Of a DNA stretch of 64,000 bases, positions 24,631 to 37,430 are shown piece after piece. A program made the position numbers and the translations under genes. The notes beneath the pieces are model-generated. The model had not been told where the DNA came from. It did not search any database and saw only the letters and a list, made by a program, of their open reading frames with translations. This stretch comes from Eledone cirrhosa (taxonomy: Eukaryota), in contig OZ024742.1 in assembly GCA_964016885.1 (NCBI GenBank), forward strand, positions 20,026,001-20,090,000, written 5' to 3'. How positions within the stretch are numbered: position 1 is the stretch's first letter; each line of letters starts with the position of its first letter.

Positions 24631-24858
24631 GGTGTCTTATGTAGGCACAAGGCCAGCAATTTTTTTTTTTTGGGGGGGGGGGGGGGGGTCGATGAAATCG
24701 ACCCCAGTGCGTGACTGGTACTTTATTTTATCGACCCCGTAAGGATGAAAGGCAAAGTTAACCTCGGCGAGATTTGAACTCAGATCATAGAGGGCCGTAA
24801 CTCTATTAGGCAAAGCATGGCATCCGACCCTCTACCGATACTGCCAATCCACCGCCCT
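24631..24858 (-). mobile_element. SINE family A (long form)
   Basis: TSD aggtctggtaaataat at 24615-24630 and 24859-24874. Confidence 0.9.
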
Positions 24859-25185
24859 AGGTCTGGTAAATAATACACCCCGAAAACAAAGCCAACAATA
24901 AAGTAAAAAGCCAAGGGATAGGACCACCGAATGCCAAACTCATAACTAATACACTCATTAAGTCAAAGCCAATTACAAATGAAATATCTATACTAGAACC
25001 AAGATATCATCCATAATTCCAACCGTATCATCCATAATTCCTGGCTCACTTATTCCTTCAACCCAACTAACCCATTCTAAATATCATTATGAGGAAGACA
25101 GACTTTTTCAAGTTGCAGTTGTCATATTACACAATTTCTGTATAAGAATAAACAATGAACAATATTTATTATTATCTACAACGTT

Positions 25186-25375
25186 AGGGCGGTGGATTGG
25201 CAGTATCGGTAGAGGATCGGACGCCATGCTTTGCAGCAAAGAGTTACGGCCCTTAATGGTCTGAGTTCAAATCCCGCCGAGGTTAACTTTGCCTTTCATC
25301 CTTACAGGAGTCGATAAAATAAAGTACCAGTAATGTAACTGGTAAAATGCTGGCCTTGTGCCAAAAGTAGAAACA
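25186..25375 (+). mobile_element. SINE family A
   Basis: TSD attattatcta(c/a)aacgtt at 25168-25185 and 25376-25393; B-box gagttcaaatccc. Confidence 0.9.
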
Positions 25376-25529
25376 ATTATTATCTAAAACGTTATGTTTC
25401 ATCATCAATCTATATAGTAAGCACAATCTCCTTCTTCCTCTTCCTCTTCTTCTTCTTCCACTTATTCTTGAGAGGGTCCTGGGAGTAGGTTCATCAAACA
25501 ATCCTTCCAGCAGGTCCTGTCAGAAGCAA

Positions 25530-25660
25530 CAGGTACAATTCATTGAGTGAACTGGAACAACGTAAAATAAAATATCTTGCTCGGGGACATAACGTACCGT
25601 CAGGGATCGAACACACAATTTTACGATCGTGAACAGAACATCATACAGCTAAGACATGCG
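25530..25660 (-). mobile_element. SINE family C fragment
   Basis: Similar to 42235-42380. Confidence 0.6.
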
Positions 25661-27171
25661 GTGTGACTTCACATTTTATCTATTTACTTAAACATATACA
25701 CAAACCCACTCTCCCTCTCTCTCTTAAAATGAGGTCTATTTTAAAAAATGGGAGAACGCGGAAACAAAAACAAAATAATTAGGAAAAGCCTAGCAGTTAT
25801 ATTTTAGTCACATGTCTTAATATAATATTTATTCCGATTCCTGTCGCACATATAAAGAATGATATGGTTTTTTTTATAACCTTGTGGTTTGTCTGTGAGA
25901 AAAAACTACACCAACGGCTAAACACGTGCACGACCAATCTTATATAGAGTACACGCAGACGATGGTGAAATAAACCACTTTCTACACAAAAGAAGCTCGT
26001 GAATGTACCAGTTGCTTCTTTATAAAGTCATCCATAACCTAAATACAATATATAAAATATCTACTTTGCCAGGGAAAGAAAATAAGAGAAAAGAAAAAAA
26101 AAATTTGCTTGATAGTTTGTGTGAACATTCCCACGTCTTCTTTCAATAGAATCTGATATTTTCTTTATTTCCTTGTCAGTTCAATGTGTCACATTGAATT
26201 AATCCAGGTGACTGTCAGGTCAGGCTGACTCCTTTCTTCAACACAACTTACTTTGTCCACCAACGTTCGAAGCTCAAATCATGCTGAAAATGATTTTTAT
26301 TTTCATTCCTCTGGAATCGATACCAATAAGTACCAATCATGTACTGGTATTAATTTAATCGACAAAAATCCATCTCTTACAAACCAATAAATAGCATGTA
26401 CTTGTTAATCATGTACTAAAGTTAATAAAATCGATTCCTTACAAACCGACACGCCTTTGTCAACAGGAGACGAAACAAATTTATTGTTATATCACTGTTC
26501 ACGTCTCCAATATCGATACATGAATCTATTCATTCTGTCTGTGAGTTTATAATGACCTGTAGACAGCATTGCTGAATCATTAAGAAGTTTGCTTTTCAAT
26601 CATTAGGTCCTGGGTTCACTCCTGTTGCGAAGCATTTTGTCTAAAGTCTGTCACAAGCCCGGAGGCTAATGAGGCTGGTCCTTAACCAGGTTTCATTGGC
26701 GTTAAACGACTGAAAGTACAAGTCTACCCCTAGACAGAAGACGGTTCGAGTAAAATTTGGTTGTCGGAAACTGTTTGGAAGTATATCGGATGCACCGTAT
26801 CTGTAATTTAAAGGGACAGCTTTTAGTCATATTTCCAATATTTACTTCCATTTAAAATAAAGTACCAGTTAAGTACTGAGCTGATTTGTTCAACTTTGTC
26901 CTTCTTCTAAATTTACTGGCCTTGTGCCTAAATTAAAAAACAATATTTACTTTCACTACTCGAGACATCCTACGTAGTTTTAAACAACATAATAAAGAGA
27001 ATGTTTATTATTTGTATATTAGACAGCATATTACATATTAACAATGAATCAAAATGAAAAAAAACAAAGGAAAAGCCATCCAGGCCGTCCCAACTACAAC
27101 AGGGACTGTTTAGAAAAACAGTTCATATATTACACACACGCATGTATATATAACTGTGTTTGTTTGCTTGT

Positions 27172-27173
<2 letters not shown>

Positions 27174-27210
<37 letters not shown>

Positions 27211-27256
27211 CGTGTGCGTGTGTGTGTGTGTGTGCGTGTGTGTGTATGTGTGTGTG

Positions 27257-27322
<66 letters not shown>

Positions 27323-27344
27323 GTGTGCGTGTGTGTGCGTGTGT
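27174..27344. repeat. (TG)n microsatellite
   Basis: Directly visible. Confidence 0.98.
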
Positions 27345-27614
27345 TTGAGTCTCCAGGGGGTAACTTACAATCTCTATAAATGGGTTACCTCCTAGAGAGA
27401 GAGACCAATGTGGAGGTTATATCTAGGGTTTTTATCCTTATGATGAATGTATTAAAAATACAAACAAAACATAACGTTGAAAACTATTATACTAAAACCT
27501 TCCCTTGCTAAGACTAAATATTTAGTTCCCAAGACCAACTGTATTGTCCAGTTAAAACTAATAATTGTCTGTGTAGTTGTTGTCCTCTTAAAACTAGTAA
27601 TGGTGTGTCTCTGT

Positions 27615-27923
27615 CAGCATTTCTGAACCTGTTCACCCCTGTGGAACCCTTAAATTAGATTTCATGTCTCAGGGACCTCCTGCGTAAAAGATATATACTA
27701 TTATTAATATCTATCTCTTTTATTTAGGTTGAAGCCTTTATTGCCATAACCAGGGATTTTCCAACAATATGTCGTACGTCTATAGTAAAATAACGAATAT
27801 AAAATTAAACAAATACTACTCAAAAATGCATTAACTAGCATATTTATCAGTGTTTCTTGTGGAACACCTAGTGACCTCTTGCGGAACCCCAGGGTCTAGG
27901 AAAACACCGGTCGAGAAATGCTG
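27615..27923. mobile_element. hAT (Charlie-type) MITE
   Basis: TIR cagcatttctgaacc / ggtcgagaaatgctg; 8-bp flanks gtctctgt/gtctatat; ggaaccc subterminal motifs. Confidence 0.8.
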
Positions 27924-28938
27924 GTCTATATCATTGTTTTTAAAACTAACAATGGTGTGTGTTATTGTTCTGTTAAAACTAGCAATGGTTGGTCTGTTGG
28001 GGACGTTGTGGTTCTGTTAAAACTGACATTGGTTGGTCAGTTGGGGCTGTTGTGGTTCTGTTAAAACTGACAATGGTTGGTCTGTTGGGGACGTTGTGGT
28101 TCTGTTAAAACTGGAATTGGTTGGTCTGTTGGGGACGTTGTGGTTCTGTTAAAACTAACAATAGTTGGTCTGTTGGGGACGTTGTGGTTCTGTTAAAACT
28201 AACAATGGTTGGTCTGTTGGGGACGTTGTGGTTCTGTTAAAACTAGCAATGGTTGGTCTGTTGAGGCCGTTGTGGTTCTGTTAAAACTAGCAATGGTTGG
28301 TCTGTTGGGGCCGTTGTGGTTCTGTTAAAACTAACAATGGTTGGTCTGTTGGGGACGTTGTGGTTCTGTTAAATCTAACAATGGTTGGTCTGTTGGGGCC
28401 GTTGTGATTCTGTTAAAACTAGCAATGGTTGGTCTGTTGGGGCCGTTGTGGTTCTGTTAAAACTAGGAATGGTTGGTCTGTTGGGGACGTTGTGGTTCTG
28501 TTAAAACTGACATTGGTTGGTCAGTTGGGGCTGTTGTGGTTCTGTTAAAACTGACATTGGTTGGTCTGTTGGGGACGTTGTGGTTCTGTTAAAACTGGCA
28601 TTGGTTGGTCTGTTGGGGCCGTTGTGGTTCTGTTAAAACTGGAATTGGTTGGTCTGTTGTGGACGTTGTGGTTCTGTTAAAACTAACAATGGTTGGTCTT
28701 TTGAGGCCGTTGTGGTTCTGTTAAAACTAACAATGGTTGGTCTGTTGGGGCCGCTGTGGTTCTGTTAAAACTAACAATGGTCGGTCTGTTGGGGACGTTG
28801 TTGTTCTCTTAAAACTAGCAATGGTTGGTCTGTTGGGGCCGTTGTGGTTCTGTTAAAACTAGCAATGGTTGGTCTGTTGGGGCCGTTGTGGTTCTGTTAA
28901 AATTGACATTGGTTGGTCTGTTGGGGCCGTTGTGGTTC

Positions 28939-31106
28939 TGTAGTGACCTACATTCCGCGGGCTCACATACATTCTCTGTGCGTGATTTGGTTCAGCTCAG
29001 CCAATCAGCGCCATTAGAAGAGGATGTATCCCTACGCGTCCTGAGGGAGAAATTCCCCGCGAAGATTTGAAGAATCTTCCTCTCGCACCAGGAACTTCGA
29101 ACCAGCAACATGTGACGGTGAGATTTTGCACCTTAGCCTGCCGGCTTTCCGGCGCAATGGCACATTACCTTTTGTAACCTCATTTTATGTGTAACTTCAA
29201 CCATACAAGTTAACCAACATTATTTGTGCTACAACAAAATAAACATACATTTCATCTCTAATTTCTGCTGTTGACGTCATTATTATGTTACTCGTGCCTC
29301 AATAACATTTATACACCATGCTGCTAAAAGTGGTGACCCCGACGTGATGAATATTTTCAGTTCAAAATATTCCTTTTGAAATAAAATTAAAATTGGCAGT
29401 GTATGTATAAACAAATTTACGCCACGAGGAAATTTCAAAACGGCTACCACCAAGTACCAGCCGTCAGCAGCAACACATGGCTAACTATTAACCAACACCA
29501 GGGAATGGCTTGTAACTTTACCGACGCAACCACCATACCTTCTGTCTCGTTACCACAAGGACTCGAGAAATTAAGACATTAGTCTTCTCACCATTATGGC
29601 GTCAGACGTGCTGCCATGTTGGTGACTATAGGTTCTTCAACGCTAGACTTCGACTCTACAGAAGATTCATTGTGACTTTGCTTTAACAACAACAACTCTA
29701 CTAGCTCCCTAGTAAGAGCGATCCCAAAGAAAAGAAAAGCGAACTTTTTGTTAAAAGAAAAGAAACATTCTTTCTTTCTTCCTTTTTTTTTTTCAGGCAT
29801 TTATTTTGGACATTTGTTTTTTTAAAACTGTATTATCTGGAAATTCATTTTTTTTCTATCATTGTATATATGACTGCATCATTTTTTTATCATTGTATAT
29901 ATGACTGCACCCACACATTTATTTGCTGTTTTACATGCCTGCATATGCACACATTTCTTTGTCATCCTACAACATGTTGTTCTTATTCTTCAAACGTAAT
30001 ATACTGCGAGATCCCTTTTCACCTGGTTGAGGTGCCGTCACATGCTAGCGACTCATAGAGCTTAATTCACCTGGATTCAAACAGGCACCGCAACGCGAGA
30101 ATGTTAATTGCAGCTGAACTCAAACAGTTTCGCATCTCGTTGCACACTCATCGTCCATAACAACCTCCATCTTGTTACCTTACCCGACTCACTGGGAAAA
30201 CAACATATAGAACTGGACTTGTCAGCATTTCCACCACTTCTGTGGATTCGCCCGAATTATGGAATTTACACTACAACCCACCTACAGATTCAACTTGCTT
30301 TTTTTCTTTTCAAAGCAACCAGCCATTTTTTTTCCTGGCTCCCTAGCACATTCGATAATACATCTGGGAGGCCAACATTTTCTCGCCTACCCATCATCTT
30401 CTTGCCAGCACTGGTAAACTACCATAATAGCTTCATCCCCAGCTACTGGTACAACACTTACCATTAACATTTAATGCAAGAACAGCAACTTCGCCCATGT
30501 CAGACTTTATCCGTTTTATGTTAGACCTTTGGTGGTCACGTATAAACTACAAAACAGCTAGTCATTTGACACAGCGGCTCAACACGGCCCTTAGCGCCTC
30601 ATTCTTTTTCTTGTATGCATCCTTCTGCACAATTATTTTTTCACTGATGTGCTCTTTCAGCATTTGTTCTTGCTGATTCAATAATCTGTATCGACTTCCG
30701 TCTAGAAAGGGAGTATTGTAGTGACCTACATTCCGCGGGCTTACATACATTCTCTGTGCGTGATTTGGCTCAGCTCAGCTAATCAGCGCCAGTAGAAGAA
30801 GATGTATCCCTACGCGTCCTGAGGGAGAAATTCCCCGCGAAGATTTGAAGAATCTTCCTCTCGCACCAGGAACTTCGAACCAGCAACATGTGACGGTGAG
30901 ATTTTGCACCTTAGCCTGCCGGCTTTCCAGCGCAATGGCACATTCCCTTTTGTAACCTCATTTTATGTGTAACTTCAACCATACAAGTTAACCAACATTA
31001 TTTGTGCTACAACAAAATAAACATACATTTCATCTCTAATTTCTGCTGTTGACGTCATTATTATGTTACTCGTGTCTCAATAACATTTATACACCCTGCT
31101 GCTAAA
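28939..31106 (+). mobile_element. Non-autonomous LTR retroelement (2,168 bp; Gypsy-like cis signals)
   Basis: 390-bp LTRs at 28939-29328 and 30717-31106 (~9 differences by eye); TSD gttc; PBS 29331-29348; PPT agaaagggag 30704-30713; no gag/pol ORF. Confidence 0.93.
29331..29348 (+). other. Primer-binding site complementary to the tRNA-Trp 3' end
   Basis: tggtgaccccgacgtgat is the complement of ATCACGTCGGGGTCACCA and lies 2 nt after the 5' LTR. Confidence 0.9.
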
Positions 31107-31982
31107 GTTCTGTTAAAACTAACAATGGTTGGTCTGTTGGGGCCGTTGTGGTTCTGTTAAAACTAACAATGGTGGGTCTGTTGGGGACGTTGTGGTTCTG
31201 TTAAAACTAGCAATGGTTGGTCTGTTGGGGCCGTTGTGGTTCTGTTAAAACTAGCAATGGTTGGTCTGCTGGGGCCGTTGTGGTTCTGTTAAAACTAACA
31301 ATGGTTGGTCTGTTGGGGACGTTGTTCTCTTAAAACTAGCAATGGTTGATGTAGTTTCCGTGCCGTTAAAACTAGCAACCATCTGTCTATATTGTTGCTG
31401 TTGTTTTTCTATTAAAACTAACGACTGTCTGTCGTCTTTATTGTTCTATTAAAACTAGTGACGTTCTGCATTAGTATTGTTCCTTTAAAACTATTGATAG
31501 TCTACGTATGTGTTAGCTAAGTCCATCATGTAGAATCAGTTATCTAAGCCAGGGTTGGATTAAAGCCGGATTTGCTGACAGAGTAAAACATTCATTTCTA
31601 TTTCTATTTGTGTATGTTTGTGTTTCTAGAAATAACCATCGTCTTTGTCATTTTCACAGTTTGATTGTATGACGACATTAAAGTTTAGTGTTCATTGTTG
31701 TTGTTGTTATGTTGTGTGTTGTTATTTATAGATTAGTTCATTACTGACTGCAGTAGAAGAAGAAGAAGGAGTAGAGACTAATACATTAATCGCCCTGGGA
31801 ACCAGAAGGCCAGTGTTAATCGATAGAACGCCGACACGTGTTCTCTCTCTCTCTCTATATATATATAAGAGAGATAAAGAGGGAGTAAGGGGGGGGGGAG
31901 GAAAGAAAATGAGAACCTGAGAGAGAAAAACCTCGTTAATGTAGGTCACTGAACAATTGACTGTTAAACAGTGCTGCTGGCT

Positions 31983-32196
31983 GCCACCACCACCATTGAC
32001 ACCACTGACACCACTGTCACCACCACCACCACCACCACCACCACCACCACTACCACCACCAATACAACCACAACCACCACCACCACCACCACCACCACAG
32101 CCACCACTACCACCACTACCAATTCCACCACCATCACCACCACCACCACTGCCACCACCACTCCCACCATCACCACTGTCACCACCACCACCACCA
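31983..32196. repeat. (CCA)n imperfect microsatellite
   Basis: Directly visible; source of the poly-P/G/T/V ORFs. Confidence 0.95.
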
Positions 32197-32881
32197 GACC
32201 GTAAAGGGCACAACTCTGTGCTGCAAAGCATGGCGTCCGACTCTCTACCGATACTACCAATCCACCAATGAGGGCAAATTTTGAATAGGAAATACTGTTA
32301 TGGTGAAAGTATAGAAGAGTGAGAGAATGAGACTGAGAAAGAGATACAGAGGAAGAATAGAAACTAGTGTTATATTCGACCTCGAATGGATAAAAGGCAA
32401 AGTTGACCTCAGCGGGATTTGATCTGAGAGAACAGTGAGCCAGAACCAGCGGTAGACTGGCCAGGTTGCCAGGTTGCCCAATGGAAAGTGGGCCCCAGGT
32501 GGCTCACGGTAGCATCGCAAGGGCCCACAGTATCATTGCAGGGCCCACTGTAGTATTTTAGGGCCAATGTTTAGCTTTCAAAAAATACCTGAAGTCTAAG
32601 AGAAAGAATAACATTTAAAAAAACAAAACAATAAGCAAACCATTTGGCCAACCAATTCCCCGGGGAATTAATAGAAACCAAAACATATGATAATGCAAAT
32701 AGCTGGAATCGGTGGTTTACATTCTACTAAATCTAAAGCTTAGAGTATTCATTCATGCATACAAACATACATATATAGACATAGACACACAAGCATATAT
32801 ATATATGTATTGAAGTTTCTGTTGAAAATTGAAAAAGTCATAGGAGTGAAGAGTGCTCTATGTAAGTACCAGAGCAAAATT

Positions 32882-33175
32882 TAATGTATAATAAACAATA
32901 CAATATAATTACCTCATTACCAGAGGTTTCCCGAATAAGACGAATACGAAAAACGTCCTCATTCGTTCGTCGGACAAGGCAATTTAAAACATAGTGAAAT
33001 ATTTAGAAAGTCTCCTCAAGAAAATCTTATATCAAATAATATCTTAAAAATCAAATATTTCACTATGTTTTAAATTGCCTGGTCCGACGAACGAATGGGG
33101 ACGTTTTTCGTATTCGTCTTATTCGTGAAACCTTTGGTAATGAGGTAATTATATTGTATTGTTTATTATACATTA
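32882..33175. repeat. Fold-back element: ~123-bp inverted arms with a ~48-bp spacer
   Basis: Arms 32882-33004 and 33053-33175, about 4 mismatches. Confidence 0.93.
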
Positions 33176-33241
33176 TATATATATATATATATATATATTT
33201 ATTTATTTATATACTTACACACGAACTACAGACCAAATAAT

Positions 33242-33424
33242 TGTTTCTACTTTTTGGCACAAGGCCAGCAATTATCCCAGTGTATTACTGGTACTTTATT
33301 TTATCGACCCCGTAAGGATGAAAGGCAAAGTTAACCTCGGCGGGATTTGAACTCAGTCCGTAAAGGGACGTAACTGTGCTACAAAGCATGGCGTCGGACC
33401 CTCCACCGATACTGCCAATCCACC
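33242..33424 (-). mobile_element. SINE family A
   Basis: TSD acagac(c/t)aaataat at 33228-33241 and 33425-33438. Confidence 0.9.
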
Positions 33425-33569
33425 ACAGACTAAATAATATTTGGTATCAATGGGTTAAAGACATTTGTCACATAAATTAGTGGTGCAGGTGGTGTACACA
33501 CACACAGACACACACACACACACACACGCACACATATGTATTGAGTGTATGTGAAAGACCAAAGGTCAT

Positions 33570-33670
33570 CGCCGAGGTTAACTTTACTTTTCATCCTTAC
33601 GGGGTCGATAAAATAAAGTACCAGTAATGTACTGATTAATTGCTGGCCTTGTGCCAAAAGTAGAAACAAT
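33570..33670 (+). mobile_element. SINE family A, 5'-truncated
   Basis: Starts at cgccgaggttaacttt and ends ...agaaacaattatt. Confidence 0.85.
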
Positions 33671-34415
33671 TATTGAAAGTCTCTGGATTTCGCAAAATAC
33701 ATAATATTTTTTATTGGATAAGGTAAGATATTTTCCCGCAAATATAGTCTAGATCACAGGTTCTCAACCCATTTAGGCCAAACATCCCCTTTTGTCCCTC
33801 GAAATCACGAAACGCCCTCCTACCCTATTTTTCCATTTTTCAATATACTACTGATTTTGATATCAGTAGATTACTGAAAAATTAACAATATTCCAAAGAT
33901 ACCATTGCAGGCAGCTGAGAGTATAAATACATTCCTTGAAAGGAAATATATAAATTTCAAAAAAAGGAACATAATGTTCTTTTTTATGAATAAGGACCAG
34001 TTGAATGTGTTATATTCCCACCAGGCGTTATCAGCTATTTTGAACATTTATACAAGAGCAACTCTGTCTATCCCAAGAGTGCTCTTATCTGGAAGATAGT
34101 GGCAATTATATCATTTCAAAGCTTTCCAATTTTCCCTTTAATGAAACGGACAGAATAAATGTTGATATCTAACTTGATGTCCCCTCTGCTTTGTGAGCTT
34201 AGAGACCACGGAAGAGGATTTTCATGACCACGCGGGAGGGTATATTTATTAGTAAATGGTAAAATATATACAACAAATGAGTAAGTGAATTGTAGTAGAT
34301 GGTTCCCAGTTCAGTCAGACTGCAACTACAAATAAAAAAAATTGTTAGTTTGTTTTGTAACAATAGCATATCCAAGTTTTCAGATAAATCAACTTACTTT
34401 AACTTTGACCTCCTT

Positions 34416-35455
34416 TCAATGGGACCCTTGAGCTTCATGGAGTCTAGCTAACTCTTTGACGTGAGGCTGAATGTTCCTAAGATGTAGCCAGAGATCTCCA
34501 CGTGTAATTACATTGTAGCGGTTGCGAGACTTACTGTGCAGTCTGGAAACAGCATCAAACCTCCTCTCGATTAAGTATGAGCTTGGAAAAGGCAGAGCAA
34601 ATCTCTTAGCCTCTGCATGTAGGTGTGGAAATCGACGCTGAATTTCCTCTTGCATCCCAAAAAGGGGTTCACCTATTTTGGGAAATCTAATTTTGATCAT
34701 GTTATTTGCTTGAAGTTCAATGAATACTTCCTGAAATTTAACATCCAAATTGTCGACGTTAGCTATGAAGTGATCTGCTATCCACATTGGAATGTCCTTC
34801 GGCAAAAGGTTGACAAACCATTCTCTCATGTTGTCTTGTAGTGCACGGAGGTGAATGGTATACATTTTGAGTTGGTCATCGCTTACAATGTTTTGAACAT
34901 TGGCGACACTAGGAAAATTATAGAATTCCCGTCAACAAAGATTCCTTTCGATGACATTCAATTTGGCCAGGAATGTTTTCACAGCATTCCTTGCTTTAAG
35001 CAAGGTGATCTTCTTCCCCTGCAAAGCCAAAATGACGCTATTGCATTTGTCGAAGATGTCGGTGAGGTAGGGGTTTTCTTGTACAGTTCTGTGTTGCGTC
35101 CTCGCAGAAACTCAATGATAGAGTCGAAGAGTTCAAAGAAGTGAGTAAAGCACTTGCCCTTTGAAAGCCACCTCACTTAAGTATGAAGGAGCAACTTGAT
35201 GAATTCTTCGTCATTATCTTGGCACAGTTGCCGGAAAATTCGTTCATTGAGGGAATGCCGTTTGATAAAATTGATGACATCAATGGCCACCTGCAAGAAC
35301 TTGCTCAGCGGCTTGCTGAGTTTCTTCGCAGCCAAGTGTTGTCGATGAATGACACAATGAACAGCAAATATAGATAGATTTTCTCTCTTCAGAAGAGTGA
35401 CGAAACCCTTATGTTGGCAGACCATTGCTCTTGCGTCGTCCGTAGCACATGATAC
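34416..35455 (-). pseudogene. hAT (Buster/Charlie) transposase, C-terminal half, disrupted
   Basis: Motifs VHCVIHRQHL, LLLHT*VRWLSKGKC, FPSSYLIERRF and ...QGSH across stops and frameshifts. Confidence 0.9.
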
Positions 35456-35457
35456 AA

Positions 35458-35700
35458 TGTGTGTTGCATGTGGTCCCAGCTGTATGTATTACCTACTTGT
35501 GTGTTGTATGTGGTCCTAGATGTATGTATTACCTGATTATGTGTTGTATGTGGTCCTAGATGTTTGTATTACCTGATTATGTGTTGTATGTAGTCCTAGA
35601 TGTTTGTATTACCTGCTTGTGTGTTGTATGTGGTCCTAGATGTATGTATTACCTGCCTGTGTGTTGCATGTGGTCCTAGATGTGTGTGCTACCAGCTTCT
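35458..35700. repeat. 40-bp tandem repeat (~6 copies) inside the hAT element
   Basis: Unit tgtgttgtatgtggtcctagatgtatgtattacctgatta. Confidence 0.93.
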
Positions 35701-37143
35701 GTGTTTTTACTTTTCTTTTTTTTATTTGTAATATTATTTATACAATAGGAAATAAAATAGATCTACATAGTGTTAACTCGTTAACTCGTTACGGTTGAGT
35801 CAATAATTTCACACATGAAATACATTGTTATCGGTGAAGGAAAGATAAGATTCTAACTGGTTGCGCTCAAAGTTTCCTTGACCCAGTTGACTGCAGGTTT
35901 TTCCATTTTTAGGATCTCAATTGCCGGTTAATGTCTAGACACGCCTGCACACCTGCTCACATCTGCTGTCAGACTATAGTTATGCTGTCTGCATGCTCAT
36001 TCAAATGCATTCACACTGGCTGTCTCAAAGACATACAAATATGGCTTATAAAACTTACCAAAGTAAAGAGCTTTCCAGCCCCCCATTCCCCAAACGCCCC
36101 CCTGGAGTTCCGAAACGCCCCCGGGGGTGCATATGCCCCCCCCCCCCCCGTTGAGAACCTTTGGTCTAGATAGATCTGAAACAAAACGAGGATGTAGTTC
36201 ATGGAACACCTAAATGATTTAGAAATCGACCTTAAGTAGGAGCAAACACATTAAGAAAGACATAAACGACACCACAACACTTTGTTTTGAAAGTTTTGAA
36301 AGTTTTGAAAGTAGGTTTATAAGTATGAATTTTCATAAGATTTTCGTAATTGTCTCTGTGGCCTAGCGGTAGGTACTACAGACGGTGGAGATCCTGGTCA
36401 AGAGGTACATGTAACCTTTTTCAGTTTTTATTTTACAACCCATAGAAAAAAAAATGAAAAGGCTTACGGGGAACCCTACTCCCGACCGGGATCAAACTTC
36501 AGACCGGGAGTACCACCGTTTATGGTTCCTCCAAGTAGGCCACCGAGACAGCTACAAAACTATAATGAAAATTGATAATTATAAACCTACTTTCAAAATC
36601 AAAGTTAAAATGATGTGGTGTCGTTCATGGCTTTCCTAGAGCTATTAGTCATATTTAAGGTCGACTTCTGGTCACTATTGAAAGTCTTTGGATTTCGCAA
36701 AATATATTTTTTTTATTGGAGAAGGTAAGATTTTTCCGCAAAAATTTGATTGCACTGTTTTGTTTCCACTCATGTATTTTTTTAAAATGTTATTTATTCA
36801 TTATAAAAATTAAATGATAACATTCTATATGTAGGTGGGCCCCCTTCCTCTCTTGGCAACCAATATTTTTAGACCCAGTCCGCCATTGGCCAGAACGAAT
36901 ATCACAAAGCATTTTATCCGAGATTCTAACGATTCTGTAATTTTGCTATCTACTGTCTTGAAAAAAGGGAGAACATTTTGAATAATGGCGTCCTACAAAC
37001 TGTAGCAGAGGAAATATGGGGTGCTTATAGATGGAACATATTTAGCCATAGGTCAGATCGATCAGGGTATATCAAGCATTAATTACAACAAAAATAATAT
37101 AATATGGTATGTGTATTTGTTTTTGGTGTAAGTGTATTAAATG

Positions 37144-37430
37144 TGGGCGGTGAATTAGCAGAGTCATTAGAATGTCAGATAGAATGTTTTGTGGTATTTG
37201 TTCCGGCTCTCTGCTCTCTGAATTCAAATTCCACCGAGGTAAACTTTGACTTTCATCCATTCGAGGTCAATAAAAAAGTACCAGTCTAGTACGGGGGGGG
37301 GGGTCAATTCTTGCTCTATATCTCTTTCTCACTTCTATTCTCTCACCTAGAGAGGAGATGGGATCCGCCAGGAATAAAAAGAATGCTCTAGAAACATCGT
37401 ATGTCAATACGGCGCCCCTACAACTTCCCC
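37144..37430 (+). mobile_element. SINE family B with a partially deleted tail
   Basis: Shared head followed by B-tail sequence ...gtatgtcaatacggcgcccctac. Confidence 0.75.

Larger units (their letters stand above)
27940..31345. repeat. 44-bp minisatellite ttggtctgttggggccgttgtggttctgttaaaactagcaatgg, split by an LTR element
   Basis: Period of 44 bp at 27940-28938 and 31107-31345; degenerate ttaaaacta units on both flanks. Confidence 0.95.
33755..36163 (-). mobile_element. hAT Buster/Charlie-type transposon, internally deleted
   Basis: TIR ca(c/a)aggttctcaac; perfect TSD gtctagat at 33747-33754 and 36164-36171. Confidence 0.93.
32447..36888. mobile_element. hAT (Tip100-like termini) non-autonomous element hosting several nested insertions
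   Basis: TIR cagcggtagactgg / ccagtccgccattg; perfect 8-bp TSD gccagaac at 32439-32446 and 36889-36896; gggccc subterminal motifs. Confidence 0.8.
32310..36945 (-). mobile_element. SINE family B split by a hAT insertion (pieces 32310-32446 and 36889-36945)
   Basis: Sequence resumes collinearly after the gccagaac duplication (compare 37150-37340). Confidence 0.7.

Noticed and set aside
31722-32271. Poly-Pro (formin-like) or poly-Gly ORFs
   Set aside because: A (CCA)n microsatellite abutting a SINE fragment; no domain or exon evidence.
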